NCBI RefSeq assembly: GCF_036321535.1
Contig: NC_087437.1
Span: 28,026,001 to 28,090,000, forward strand
DNA length: 64,000 nucleotides
Reading direction: 5' to 3'
Source of the DNA: Camelus dromedarius
Lineage: Eukaryota
This document shows, piece after piece, positions 25,701 through 39,575 of the stretch; position 1 is the stretch's first letter; each line of letters starts with the position of its first letter. The notes beneath the pieces are model-generated. The model was given only the letters and a program-made list of their open reading frames with translations, was not told the origin of the DNA and ran no database searches. The position numbers and the translations under genes were made by a program.

Positions 25701-27491
25701 AATATTACTTAACATTTAACTTCCTCTTACAGAGAAACTAAAGGTGTTTAGAAATATTAATAAATGGTTGGCGCCACTCTGAAATATTCTCTCCTATTAA
25801 GGGAAACATCTCAATATCCTAGGAAAGTAAGATGAATGTGTAAAGGAAGATACAAGGAATGGAATTATATTTTGTTAATGGAAAATAGTAGCTTTGTCCT
25901 GAAGCTGGTTATTTCTGAATGAAAGAGAAAATAAGGGACAAAATAATATGAGTATAGAAAATTGTGGAAAAGGAACCCTGAGAAAAGAGTTTTTGTACAT
26001 GATCAGGACTGGCTAAGTTTAGAATAAATTTGGTCAAAGTAAATGAATCTTAAAAGTAAGCCGGTACAAGACTAGATTTGATTTTCTCTCTTTTAAGAAG
26101 ACAAAGTTTTCTTGAAATGTTAATCAGCCTTCAGTAACAGGCTGTAAAGCTTCTTATACCCCTTAAGTGATCTGTTCTGCCTTTACCTTTGAAATATTTT
26201 CTTGTTAATGAATAAGTACTATTTCACAGTGATCTATACTTTATCTGATCAAATGTTTTGATACCTTTTAATAAGCTTCCCAAATATCAATTTCTGATTA
26301 AAGTTCTTTTGACCTCCAGTTAACTTTGGGATGCTACAGAGGGCCCCTGAAACATCCCAAAGAAAGATTTTAAACTAGTAAGTTTCATTTGGTATGTTAA
26401 ATTAACATGGGAAGTATTGTCAAATGAATAATAAATCTTCCTAGGTTATATTGTATGAAAAATATTAATATAGATAATCTAGAAATTATATGGAATCCCT
26501 AAAATTCTGGTATATCTAAAATGTTACCAGTCATAATTCTGGTTATTGTGATCAGGTTTCTTTATCAATTACAGTGTAACAGTGTTTAACCATGCTTTTA
26601 AATCTTTTGTCATTTATAGACAGTTATTGTTTTATTCTGATGATTTTGCAAAATGCTTTCTCTTCAAGGAGATTTACTGGTTTCTAATAAATTTCAAACT
26701 ATAGCACTGAACTAAACTGGGTAAGAAATTTTAAAGGTCTGATGAGAACTCTGATTTCATAAAACTGTTAACAAAAGGATTAGTTACATGGGACTGAGTA
26801 AGCTGATAAATATGGTTCTAGTTTTTTGTCTGAAATATTATGGGCTTTTAATCTGTTTCCCAGACATAAAGAAACTCTTCTCCTTAAGCTAATTATGACT
26901 CACAGCAATTTGATGAATTATACCTATGTAAGCAGACTAGGAACAGTTATCTTTTCTCTCTATCTGATACCTCCAGAGACTGGAAACTCTTTAGGTCTCC
27001 AGTGGCTCTATCAGATAAATTAGGAAGATCATCTCCTAACAGGCATAGGAATCTCAAGGTATTTAAAGGACCTTAAAAACAATTTACCTGAATCTATAAG
27101 GCAAAAATCTATGACAAGCCCTTGACATGGCTCTCCTGGCCTTAGAAATCCTTATTAACATTCTAGCCTGAGACTCCTTATTAAAAGTTCCAACACAGCC
27201 AATTTAAAAGAGCCTATATGATCAAATAATCAGACTTAACTTGTAAACAAATTATTCTTGATTTGGCTATATTTGAAAAAAATGAGGGTAACTTTAGAGA
27301 GGAAAAGATTATATTTTAGTGGATATTAAATTCTAGTTTTGTTAATTGAGGTCTATATTTACTAAGACACTTCCCAGATCATTCCTTGCTGTTATGTTAC
27401 ATTGCTGCAAAGTTTAGTTTAGTTATTAAAAGGACACTCTAGGTTTATTTCTGAAGCTCAGTATCTTTAATTGGATGAAGGTCCAATGCCC

Positions 27492-27635
27492 CATCACCTG
27501 CAACCAGGGGATTATACATACTGGAACAGGCATGACAAAGAATTAATCTCCAACCTGAATGGAAGGACCCTTTATCAGGTACTCTTAACTAGACCATACA
27601 CAGCAAAAGCCAAAGGAAACTGACTTTTGGATTAG
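27492..27635 (+). pseudogene. Degraded ERV integrase C-terminal remnant
   Basis: HHLQPGDYTYWNRH...LQPEWK..P.YQVLLT across frameshifts (GPY/F module). Confidence 0.75.
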
Positions 27636-27824
27636 TTTCCAGTCAAAAAGCCCCTGCAGTGGACTGACCTATAGAGGACTGCTCACCTTAAAACAATGCT
27701 CAAATGGAGAAAAAGCTACCAGGCCAGGATAAGAAGAAGACATCTGAGGTAGACAGCTGACCCAAGACACCTGACCAGGCCTGTATACCAATTACTTTGA
27801 TAACTGCTCATACCTTTGCTTATG

Positions 27825-27914
27825 AACTAATCCAATTGTTAGGTTTATGGTAAACTACCTATGTCTAGTACTTCTGTGTTATCTTGGTGGGCTTCCCTAC
27901 TCCAAGGCTCTAAC
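27825..27914 (+). pseudogene. Degraded ERV env SU remnant
   Basis: N*SNC*VYGKLPMSSTSVLSWWASLLQGSN, consistent with a decayed NQSNCWVC (CXXC) motif of gamma-type env. Confidence 0.6.
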
Positions 27915-28536
27915 TCAATAGCCCTCAGAAAATTTATTCTAAAAAGAAATTATAGTTCTGTTTAGGCCACTATTGCCATTACAAGGTGGGAGACCTCACC
28001 TGGCCAATTAATAATACCTGCTCTGTGCCTGACAGTGAATATGAATTTTCTTATAAGATCACTCAAGCTCAATCAGAAACACAAGCAAAATTTTAACCCA
28101 AAAATGTAACTCCTCGACTATTAAATCCTTACTCGTGATTTCATAATGTTATTAGCTGTATTACTTATATCCTGTCTATTTTATAAAACTGTTGTCTATT
28201 ACATTTCCCAATGTGTAACTAGGCCTCCAACAAGACTGATGATGGCTAAACATCTTGAGGATAAAGATAAAATTTACAACCCTGCATAGAATAATTGTAA
28301 TAGTGATTCTAGGTATGGGAATGAGCAACGAGGGGTAAACATTTCCTGGATCATAACAGACTACTAAGACAGGTGATCCAGAGAATTTTTAGTATCAACA
28401 GGAACTGATCCAAAAACTAGCACTTTGAGTGGCATGTCAACAGATTCTTCACCTGATCTAGGAATGAGCCTTCCTAGCACTGTGGGACAAAATTGGTCAT
28501 GAAATGCCTCCCAAAATATTGGTTGAATTTGGGACC

Positions 28537-28548
28537 AAGGGGGAGCAG
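28537..28548 (+). promoter_or_regulatory. Polypurine tract
   Basis: AAGGGGGAGCAG immediately before the 3' LTR. Confidence 0.75.
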
Positions 28549-29023
28549 TATGAACGAAAATAAGCACAACCATATCAGTAAACAAAGAATGCTGAAACCA
28601 AGTCATTAGCAGCTGCCGCCAACCCCCAGTGAGGGCAGGCCTGCAGCCCAGCCTCTGCAGCTACTCACAGTGGTGCACTCTGAAGGGACTCAGAATAAGA
28701 AAGGACAGGATACTGGCACTAGATAGCTAGGTGCTTGTCAAAGGAATGAATTCAATGAGCCCAAATGTTTGCTTCCTCCCATACATAGAAAAGCACTAAA
28801 TTCTTTATCTTGGGGTGCCTGGTTTTCTTTAGATAGCAAGTAATCTTTTATTGTTCCAACTACCTGGTCTTTGGTGGAAAGCTCCTATATATCCCAGCTC
28901 CTCCCCTACCTCTTCGGAGCAGTCCCTCAGAGCAGTCTGAGAGGCTGTCATCCCGGCTCGAGTCCTCCCGCCAAATAAAACATAACTCTCAACTTTTAGG
29001 CTGCGCATTTGTTTCAGTCAACA
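28549..29023 (+). repeat. 3' LTR of provirus
   Basis: TATGAACG...GTCAACA, homologous to the 5' LTR, followed by TSD GTGT. Confidence 0.93.
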
Positions 29024-30811
29024 GTGTCATGGCAACTGGCTGGCGCCTGCCTGAGCAGCTCTAGTTCTAATGCTGGCCAGCAAAAAAGGTGCAGCTCTCT
29101 CTGGCTCTTTGGGGATGTTTTCCTATTCTTTGATTATTTTATTCCCTTCATTAAAAAAATTTATCTTTCTAGAGATTGATCTATTATATATCCTTTTTTC
29201 AACAATTGAACTCTCTATGAAATTCTACAGGCAAACAAGGAGTCGGCCCCAACAGAGCTGACATTCTAGTGGTGAAGAAAAGTAACAAATTAGTAGCAAA
29301 CTAAAGAATAAATGAATTATTTAAGATCATGAGAAGTACTTTGAAGGAGATAAAGGAGTAGAAAAAGAGTGATTTGGGCAGATGGCAGGGGTGGGGATGT
29401 ATGGTCAGAGAAAGCCTCTCTGGAGAGGAAATATCTACTTAGAGACCAGAATAATGAAAAGGAACCAGCCACCCTAAGTGTTAAGGAAAAAGTTTTCGAG
29501 CAGAGCCAGTAACAAGAGCAAAAGTCCCAGTTGCAAAATATCGACAAATTTAAGAAATCACACGAGACATCTGGGATTGATAGAGAAGTTGTAATTTAGC
29601 TTAAAGATGTTAGATTAACAGTGGTCTGTGGGTAACAGCAGCAAGTTTTATCTTAACTGTATGTGCATGTAGAGGTATGGAAGAGTTTCAAGAACAACTT
29701 TTTTCCTAGTATTTTCTTTTTGCTCTACAATTTGTGAGAGGTCCTTGATTATTTTTATTTTGATTCCTGCAATTAATTACTTTTTAAAAATGTATTTAAG
29801 CAATCATGTTTCTCTCTTTTTTTTCAGTTTTTCTTCTCTGGCTGCCTTCTTTTGCAGCCTCACCACCATTTATGAATGAAATATTTTTTCAGAGCCCTCA
29901 AGGTATATACATTGACCTTAAATGGATTTAGTTATGAAAGGAATAAGCAAAAGAATGATAGATTGAAAGAGGAGTAAAGTAAGACCATTTAATTTTAATT
30001 TTTTATGTGGAAGAGACATGATCAAGTTCATAAGCTGAAAATAATAAAGTTAATTGATAGCAATATGTTAGAGGAAGATGGGCTGGAAGTATTGACTGAT
30101 GGAGGAACATCCCAGAGGAATAAGAGGGAGGAAGATTCAGATCACTGGTAAAAGAATTAGATATGCATTGGAGATGCATAAGAAGAGCATCAAGACTTCC
30201 TTCTAGATGAGAAAAAGAGGCAAAGGTCTCTTAGCTAAATACATTTTATGATAGTAATGCAGATGTAAGCAGTGATGAGGATGTTCCAGCTTCATGTTTT
30301 AAGGGAACATAACTCTACCCTGCTTATTTTTTAGACATTTTGCTATTGTCCCATGCACATTTAGGTGGTCCTTCTAAGTTACCACAATTCTGTTTATATT
30401 TCCTTGGCTCACATATATGATAGCACATTGGTCAAGTCAGTGACTTATCTTCTTATGTTTAAATACCATCACCTAACACAGTCATATCAATATTTCTTCT
30501 GTACGGGAGTTGGGGTTAGTCTTCTAGAGAATGAAACTGGTTTAAAGGAATCAATGACCAAATGTGCAGGATAAAAGATAAAAGAGACAAAGAGCAATTA
30601 GGAGGTTTCACTGAGAAACTCAAGTTCTACTGAGTTTAGAAGAGTATTATAAGTAAGTCCAACATTAAATTTCTTTACATAGTATTTCAATGCAGAGCAA
30701 ACAGAACTGCCTGGAAAAAAAATTAGCACCATAGGATTTTTGTGAAGGAAACATCCTTCTCTTCATTTGTCCATTCTCACTCGTATCCTGCTTCTATTCC
30801 TTTTATTCCCA

Positions 30812-30881
30812 CCTCACAAAATTGTGACTTACTTCCAAGATGGACAGCAGACGGACTTGATGCTGTTGCCATATCAACCAA
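30812..30881 (+). pseudogene. AADAC: AADAC pseudogene exon 3 remnant, both splice sites lost
   Basis: SQNCDLLPRWTADGLDAVAISTN vs YESYDLLSRWTADKLDAVIVSTN; no AG acceptor, donor GTAAGAG became CCAAGAG; flanking intron similarity continues to ~31220. Confidence 0.92.
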
Positions 30882-31508
30882 CCAAGAGCTGTGCTGGCTT
30901 GTTTTCAGACCAGATGCCTTACATGCTAAGATTCTCTCAGCTTTATTGACTGACATGTAATTATGCCAAAAATAAATGTTTCTTAGATAATACTGAGTAG
31001 GTGATAGAAAGTGATGGCTAGGCCTATGCTGATCAGAGTGAAGAAAAAGAAAATGTGTGTATATGTGTATGTGTTATTCAGGCAGAAAGAAGACCTAAAA
31101 GTAAAGATTCTTTTCACATAAATTTTAACTGTATTGTCTATGGACATAACTACTTGGACTAGATTTCCTCTGTGTTAAACTCACAGTGTTTAGAAATGAG
31201 GGCCTTGGAGTCAAAGGATCATCTATGAAAGGGCATCACAAATAATTCCCACTTTAGATGAACATTGTAAAGAAGTGGCAACTGAAATGGAACATAGCCC
31301 AGTAGCTAGCATTTGATGAGTCTAAAATATTAAAATATATAATAAAATTAAACAAAATTAGTGAGTTTAAAATAGCTCATTAGATCAATTATTTGGGTTT
31401 GAAAAAACACTTAGGGACAGTAAAATTAGGGGCAAACTATTAGGGAGAACTACGTTAGAGTCATATACACCTACTTAAACTTCAGAAAATGAAGGAAAAG
31501 TTAAGAAA

Positions 31509-32022
31509 AGTGAACAAAAAATACTGCAAACCATAAACCATATCAGTAGACAAAGAATGCTGAAACCATCAAGTCATCAAGTCATCAGCGGCTGCCGCCA
31601 CCCCCCAGTGAAGACAAGCCTGCAGCCCAGCCTCTGCAGCCACTCACAATGGTGCACCTTGAAGGCACTCAGAATAAGAAAGGACAAGATACTGGCCCTA
31701 GACAGCTAGGTGCTTGTCAAAGGAATGAATTCAATGAGCCCAAATGTTTGCTTCCTCCGTTACCGAGAAAAGCACTAAATTCTTTAACTTGAGATGCCTG
31801 GTTTTCTTTAGTTAACAAGTAATCTTTTAATGTTCCAACTACCTGGTCTTTGTTGTAAAACTTCTACATATCCTAGCTCCTCCCCTACCTCTTGGGAGGA
31901 GTCCCTCAGAGCGATCTAAGAGGCTGTCATTCTGGGCTCGAAGGGGCTCAAGTTCTCAGAAATGTCCGCCAAATAAAACATTAACTCTCAACTTCTAGGC
32001 TGTGCATTTATTTCAGTCAACA
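31509..32022 (+). mobile_element. Solo LTR, same family as the provirus
   Basis: Homologous to 21855-22327, ends GTCAACA, TSD GAAA at 31505-31508 and 32023-32026. Confidence 0.92.
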
Positions 32023-32249
32023 GAAATAACAGATATGACTATTTATCAGGTTAAATCATTATAAAGTTGGAACATAGTTACGTAGTCGTTAGAATAAAAA
32101 TTTTTAAAAGCAATTAGAAAATCTAAACTTATACTAAGTTTTGATTTCTAACTTTATTTTTAAAGATAATTTTCTTAAAGATGGCACGTCAAATGACACT
32201 AAAATATATGCCTATGTTTGATTCACCTTAAAGGTAAAATATACTTTAA

Positions 32250-32750
32250 TTTTTTTATGCAATATACTTTTATTTCTTTTACAGAAAAATAATATTCTAT
32301 AAAAATTAGACAATCTTGATTCTATTAAAATTTAAAAGGCCGATAAGCATATGAAAAGACGCTCAACATCATCAGCCAGCAGAGAAATGCAAATCAAAAC
32401 TACAATGAGGTATCACTTCACACCTACCAGGATAACTAATTTAAAAAATAGATAATAAGAAGTGTTAGCAAGGACATGAAGAAATTAGAACCCTCCCTAC
32501 TTTTGGTGAGAACGTAAAAATGTGCAGCCACTTTGGAAAACAATTTGGCAGTTCCTCTAAAGTTTAAATACAGAGTTAGCATATGATACAGTTTCCACTC
32601 CTAGGTATAAACACAAGGAAAATGAAAACATATGTCTACAAAAGCTTGTACATACATAGCATTATTTATAAAACCCCCAAAGGAGACACAACCCAATGTC
32701 CACTGAGTGGTGAATGAATAGACAAAATGTAGCATATACATACAATTGAA
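32250..32750 (+). mobile_element. Old L1 ORF2 3' fragment
   Basis: GAAATGCAAATCAAAACTACAATGAGGTATCACTTCACACC...GCAGCCACTTTGGAAAACAATTTGGCAGTTCCTC. Confidence 0.8.
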
Positions 32751-33544
32751 CTATGAATATTAATTGACTAGGCTGCTAAGCCAAACACTTTGAATATTGC
32801 TCTGAAAGGCCGGGGAGCCATGTGAGGTTTACATTGCAATGCATGGCATGTTCTTCATGGTCACAGTGTGGTGGGTGGACTGCTGTGATGCTAACTGGAA
32901 AAAGAATGAGGAGTCAGCTATTTCTGCAGAGATCATGCAGCCTCGCAAGCTGCAGTTTAGCTAGGAGAGTGTCTCTGAGGAAAGTACAGGGAAACAGGAA
33001 TTTCAAGAGGAAGGGAGTGATCATTTCTGTCAAAAGAAAAATAGGTATGGAAAAGTGTCAGGCTATTACAAACCTGTGGATCAGACAGCTACTTTCTGTG
33101 TCTTCCTCTTCCCTTTCCTGAGCCTTTAAGCATAATATGAAGGCAAAATTTTTTTTCTCTGACATAGGGCAGTTGTCTCATATTATTATCACCTACTGAG
33201 CTGTAAAACATCACATGCTGAAGCTGCACCCCAAGAGATTAAGTCTGAATCTCTGGGAGAAACAAGGCACAAGCATCAGTGTTTTTAAAACTCTCCATGA
33301 GATTTCAGTGTGCTGGAGAGACACTAGCGCCTTAGTAAGGAATATTCCTGTTCACCAAAAGAGCGCCAACACTACGTGAGTGCTTTCATTTCTCAGTTAT
33401 AATGGGTGTTACTTATTATAGAGCACTTAAAATGTGTCAGATCTTACTTTAGGAGGTAGAAATCTTAGACTATCCTGGATGTCTGTCACAGAACTAAAGG
33501 AGCATAGAAATATAAATGTGTATGTGTATATATACATAGACTTC

Positions 33545-33715
33545 TTTAGTTCTCACAACTTTATGAGGTAAATATTAATATTAATTTGTACTTTGCAGAG
33601 AAGTGAAAAGGAAGAAATAGAGGTGATGTAAGTTTCCAAGGTCACATGGCTAGTAAGTGGCATTGCTGGAAATCAGCCCCAGACAGGCCATTTTCAAAGT
33701 CTGTCCTATCAATTA
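33545..33715. mobile_element. MIR SINE remnant
   Basis: CTCACAACTTTATGAGGTA...CCAAGGTCACATGGCTAGTAAGTGGC core. Confidence 0.7.
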
Positions 33716-34692
33716 CTTAAGGATACTGGAAGCTACGTTTCCCTTCTTAGGGAGGGAGGTGGGAGAGGAGGAATAAGTATAAAACTGCTAACTACCTAGC
33801 TCACCTCAGGCAAGTCTCAAGTTTCCCAAGTCTGCCCCCAAAGCTCCACAGCTCCATTGTGCATAGTGTATCAGGTAGACCATCAAGAGTTAATCATGTT
33901 TAATTATTTACTGTATAAATCAATCAGTGCCTTCATTCAGAACATATTTTGGATGTACCTCAATAGGGTAAACAGCACTGAACACTGTAAAATAATCACT
34001 GCAAACAGTAGCATGTATTCTTCCTAACACACTGGGCTCAGGCCGGTTTTTGCACCAGATGTATGCGATGGGCGAAAGCAGGGGAGTGTGTGAGCTGCAC
34101 AAATACCCGATGTACTACAAAGGTGCTCAGGTATTTAGAAACTCACTAGATTGGAGAGGGGGCAGGAGGTGCAGGAGTCAGGAGCCAGAAGGAAGAATTT
34201 GGATATCCTCTGTGCTCTGAGCATCTTAGCCTAGGCCTGAGGAGAGCCTGCCTGGCAAAAGCTAGGAAATTACCCAATATTATTGAATGTGCCACATAAT
34301 TTATACCTACCCTTCTAGTCCACAAAATTTTACATATTCTGGCATGCCTTTTTCAATTAAAAAATATATATATATTATCGTATGAAGTGGAGTCTAATCT
34401 TGGTGGGCATTACCCTAGATAGGAGTGTCCTCCCAGGGCTGGTATTTACTTCTCTCTCTTGCTTAGGGCTGGAATTATTTCTAGTTGCATTTCTAAAATT
34501 CTCAGCTCTTCCTTTTCTCTAGACTCTAGGCTAGAGCATTATTATAAAATAAAAATGTACCCCCTTTTGGAAAGCCTGAGATCCCTTAAAGCTCACGTCT
34601 CTTATGAAAGACTAGAATTCTGAAAGGAGGCTGAGGGTGAGCTGGAGAAGCTTCTCAGTTGTCAGTTTCTAGAAAACGAGATTTTTTGCTGC

Positions 34693-34724
<32 letters not shown>

Positions 34725-37700
34725 TAAGGCTCTGAAGATGAGGTACCTGCCTAAGAAGAACGGCTGTTTCATTCTACAGCTGTTTTCTCTCAAAGAACAT
34801 CTGTTAATACCATTCAGAGGGTACATCTGAGTGAGAGATCTCTCTCGCAAGAAAATAAATAGCTGACTCTCAAACATTTACTCCATTTTGTCTCTTGACC
34901 ACATGACGTCACTCTTCTCTTCCAAGCTGAGTTCTCAGATTCTCAAAAGATCTCAACCTCCTGTAAGTCCTCAGGAGATGACTCATTCTGGAGGGAGCCC
35001 CCGCTACCATGCCTGGGGTAGAACCCAGCAAGCCTGCAGTCTCTCCCACTTCTGGGACCTGAGAGACAAGTTCTAACTACTGCCAGGATAAGCCAGGCAT
35101 ACCAGTTGAGATCATGTCATCCAAAAAGGAATTCAGTGTTACTAAAGCTAGAAGTTACATCCTTCTGATCCTGACAGTGTCCAAAGTTATTCTGCCTGGA
35201 AATTAAATCTCTTCCTCCCTAAAACATGGCTGATTGTATGTAATTTATCATTATTTATCAACTTTTGTTATGGGCTTTAAAATTCTATGCCTGTAAAAGA
35301 CCTGCAGATTAGAAAACGTATTTCCCATTTTTCAAAGCCTTTTAACTTGTCGGGGGTAAGGATCAGTTCAGCAGGATGACATGGGAGTTGGCCTTTCAGT
35401 AAACAGTTCAAATTTCAGTCGTTCTTCCATTCACTTTATCCCTAGGTTAAGATGCACAATGTCTATCTAACCACAAGTTTATCACTTTAAAAATCTTTAT
35501 TCTATGAATTAAATACCATATTTAAACATTTTTTTTTTATCTCAAAGAAAAGAATAGGCAGTGAGATTAAATTATGATTACTTGGAGTGTAGGAGGCAAT
35601 ACACCTGGACTAAATCTCAACCAGTACTTTAGAATTAGAGACAGGGGCTAAGTGAACAGGAAACTTCCTATCTTATCCATAATAATTTAAGTGAAGCACC
35701 TCACTTGAATATATTTAAATATGTAGGCTGTTAGGTAATTTCCACTTTTAAATCTAGTTGAATTTAGAAGTAATGTAGATTAACATATTAGCTAAGTCTC
35801 ATTTATTTATAGTGGATCAAAAGGTTGACTTCGGTAAAGATCTTTTCTGAACATTCTGTTAATTATTAAGGATTAACGCAAATATTAACTTTTCCTTCTT
35901 GTGCCTAAGAATGGTTTTCAGTGGTTTAGTTCCATAATTATTGCACAGTAATTATCATTTCTGGATAGATGAGCACATACAAATATAATACCTCCCTGGA
36001 AAAAAAAAAGCTCCTGTTAGAAAATATTTTCCCAACTAATGAAATGGTCTTCAAGTAAATATAGAGGAATGCTTAAAAGTTCCAATCAAACTATGAAATC
36101 ACAACAGCAGTAAAAGAAATACAAGAGTACACAAACCATTTCTTGTTAAAACAGTTATGTAATTGGTATAAATTACATATAAAACATGGTATAAAACAAA
36201 TAAAACATTAGTTATACTGAATATTATTCCATTTTAAAATAAAATATCATAAGGAACATTAATTAGTGGAAAATAATGGAATGAAAACTATGAAAATGCA
36301 TTCCTCCAACATAATTTGTGACTTCAACACCATTCTGCTTCTATTCATCTCTCTCAGAAGAAGAGATAAGCTGGGTATGGTCAATCAAATGAGTTTAGAC
36401 TTTTAGTGCTCGATAAATTTTTCAATATTTGCAAAGAAATTGTGAAATTGCTTTCACAGTCAGAAGAAAACAAGATAAAATGCAATAAAAAGAAATTAAA
36501 ACCATTCAATTTGAATGTAACTTTCACCAGAATAGGAGGTTACACTGAAGATTATTTTCTTTCATTTGTTCTTAGTCCGCCCCCTTGTGGTCTCCGGAAA
36601 GCAGAAGCTAAAATGGCAATTGTGTGACAGTCTTACACTATATATCTAAAAAGACCAAGTTTTAATATCTGTTAAAGTGGTTTAGAAAAATCTCAGCCTG
36701 CTTCAGTTAAGCATACAAAAATATTTAAAAGTAGGAATAAATGCCTCAAAACCAACATCTTTGAATAAATTAAAGAAAGATATTTCTTTAATTCTTGAAG
36801 TTATTTTTAAGAATGAAATTACTATGTAAACTATACATAGATATATATTTCAAGAATGTCAAGATTTTTACTTTTACAAACTTTATAGAAATTGGTTCTT
36901 TGAAGCAATTGTCAAAAAATGCTATATGAAGCAATTCAGCTGGGAGCTTTTTTGCATTCATTCAGTGTCCCATGGATAGATTTTGAAAGGACTTCTTTAT
37001 CACTTCTTTACAAAATAAATTGAGTTATCATTGCCTGAGAGAGGAAGAGTCACATTAACTAGTACTGTAGCTGGCTGTCCTTAGAAATTGATCCGATGGG
37101 GATGCGGCATGCCAGATGTGCACTTCATTGCTGGTGCTGACATCGTTTCTTTGTTTGCCTAAATTTTAAATGCCAATGTTTGTAGCTTTTGAAAGGTGTC
37201 CAATGATAATTATCTCCTGGCATATTTTGGTAACTAATAGGTCAATGTTTGATGTTGTATTATAAGTTCTTAAATTTTGAATATTTAAACAGGTAATCTC
37301 TGAACTACAGTATTATTAATATTACACTTGATTTAGACTTTTATTACTTATCCCATATCTTTCATCTTATCTTTTATATTACACGCAATTCTTCTATGAA
37401 TTAGGGGATTTGTTTTCTTTTTTGGTGAGGCAATTGGTTTTTAGCTTTCCATGTTTAATGGGTCAGTAGATTCTTAAATGAATAAAGGAAAGCATAAACA
37501 CAAACACAAGTAATTGCGATGCCATTTTCCCAGGTAATGACTCAGGTTTCAACATGACCATAACCTTTGAGTAAAGTACAGTGTATTGTTTCAAGATTGA
37601 AAGCAAAGGAAAACCAGGTGGGTACAAACTATGTTATATGTACACACACACAATCTTCTTATGAAGCTTTCTGCCTATAACTCTTTGGTGACCCTGGACA

Positions 37701-39575
37701 TGGCCTCCTCACCCATCGGGACTTCGCTTTCTCACCTGTGAAATCACCATGGAGGAGCTGGTCAGTATTTTTCAAACTGAGGTCTACAGATCTATGTTAA
37801 GTGTCCACAAGTCCTCCAGGGGAATTTTTAAGTATTTTGTCTTCATAATTATGATAATCTAACCACACAGGCAAATCGTGGATAATTTAGATGACCACCT
37901 TATAGCTGGGGACCACCACGAAGCCAAAAGCTAAGGCAGAGGCTTTGAATTTGTACGAAACATTTTCTCAATATATAGTCTAAGAATCTTTGTAGTCCTC
38001 AAAGGTACACTTGACAGTCCACAAGTGCTCACATCTGAGAAACATTTCTTAAATTCCTTTCAACATTTAATACTTACTTCAAAATATGATATTCACTTGC
38101 TTTACACGAAGCTGCCACCAGAAGGCAACACACCACAAAAGAAAGACAAATTGATTTTTCTTTGTTAGTTTTGGGTGTTCAGCTCCTATAAACATTTCAA
38201 AAGAAGCAAACCAATTTAAAAGACTACACGGAATGTCACATCTAAAATAAAGCTGCTATTTGTGAAAGAAAACTTACAAACTCCAGGAAGTGCCAGCTGA
38301 AATTTCTAGCACAATGATAGTAATCTGGGTTGCTCCTCGGTAGGGTGGGAGGAAGGGATGTCATGAACTCTGAGGGAAAACAAAGGCCAAGAAACCAAAG
38401 CATATTTGCGGCATCAGTGATACTGAAGCAAAGAATGTTAAAATTTTAAGGAAACAGACTCTACAAGCACACAAGTCTTTCCAGTAAACCTGCAAATAAC
38501 TGAGCTTGTGCAAAGATGAGGTTATAAATGAATCGACTACACAATAATAAGAGCAGTTGAAGACAGATTGGTTGCTGCTCAGATTCAGAATAAACATATT
38601 CCAAAAGAAAAGATGGTTCAGAGTATTTGGACTAACCAATTGGAATAACTCCAAACAGAAAGAAATAGGTGGTAAATAAAAAGAATAGTGTCAATTGGGC
38701 TACTAGCATGTGTTTGTAACTAAGACCATCAATAAAAACGATAGGTTCAAACTTTGTCTCCATTAGCAAATAGTTCAAGTTCCACAAATTTGTGAAGATC
38801 ATTAAAAAAGAAAGCAGTATTCAGAACTTGTCAAATACAGTATTTATTTTTAAGTCAGTATAATTAGCTACCAAACTAATTACTATATTGATGTTAGTTT
38901 CCTGATCTGATTATTGAGTTTAATTTGGTCTGATAATTTGAGTATAACACAATCATGAGTCTGTAACCAAAATATTTAATGGTTAAAATTTTTCATTAAA
39001 TATAATTAATTTAAAATTTGTAACTGAATAAGCATTTTATTATAAAACATACCATATTCTACAAATAATCTTTTCCTTAGTCACATATATGTTTTATTTC
39101 TGTACATAGAGGGGATATACTTCTAACTTATAATGAAAGTATGACTTTAATTTTAAAAGCAACGCATGTTTCTTTATAAAGAAAACTTTTTTTTTCAATT
39201 CTAAAGAACATTCTTTAGGGCCCTATATATTTATTCCTTATCAAACACAGCCAAAATAAAAACAAAAATTCAGATAAAAACCAAAACTGTACATTTAAGT
39301 TGGATCCACCCCTTCTTGCACCAGTAATGGAAAAACAACCAGCTTGAGCAACTTTGTAGAAAAGATGCAACTGACCTTGAGGTCAAAAGCAAACAGCAGA
39401 AAAAGGCATACTTTATTATGGTGCTAACACAAAGAGAAGAGAAAGCAAACATCTCTTTCCCTGCTTTCATAGTGCACAGGATTAAAAGCAACAGCTGGCT
39501 TTGTCTTCCTGAAGCCATCTATCATGAACATGATTGCTGAATATCGACTTAGAGAGCTGTCTCCTAAACTGAAGG

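Larger units (their letters stand above)
21855..29023 (+). mobile_element. Non-autonomous ERV1 (gammaretrovirus-like) provirus, ~7.2 kb
   Basis: Two LTRs, 4-bp TSD GTGT (21851-21854, 29024-29027), PBS, PPT, degraded IN and env remnants, no long retroviral ORF. Confidence 0.93.

Noticed and set aside
29850..29900. Possible inverted exon 2 remnant (CAGCCTCACCACCAT resembles reversed HGGG codons)
   Set aside because: The match is about 15 nt and does not extend on either side.
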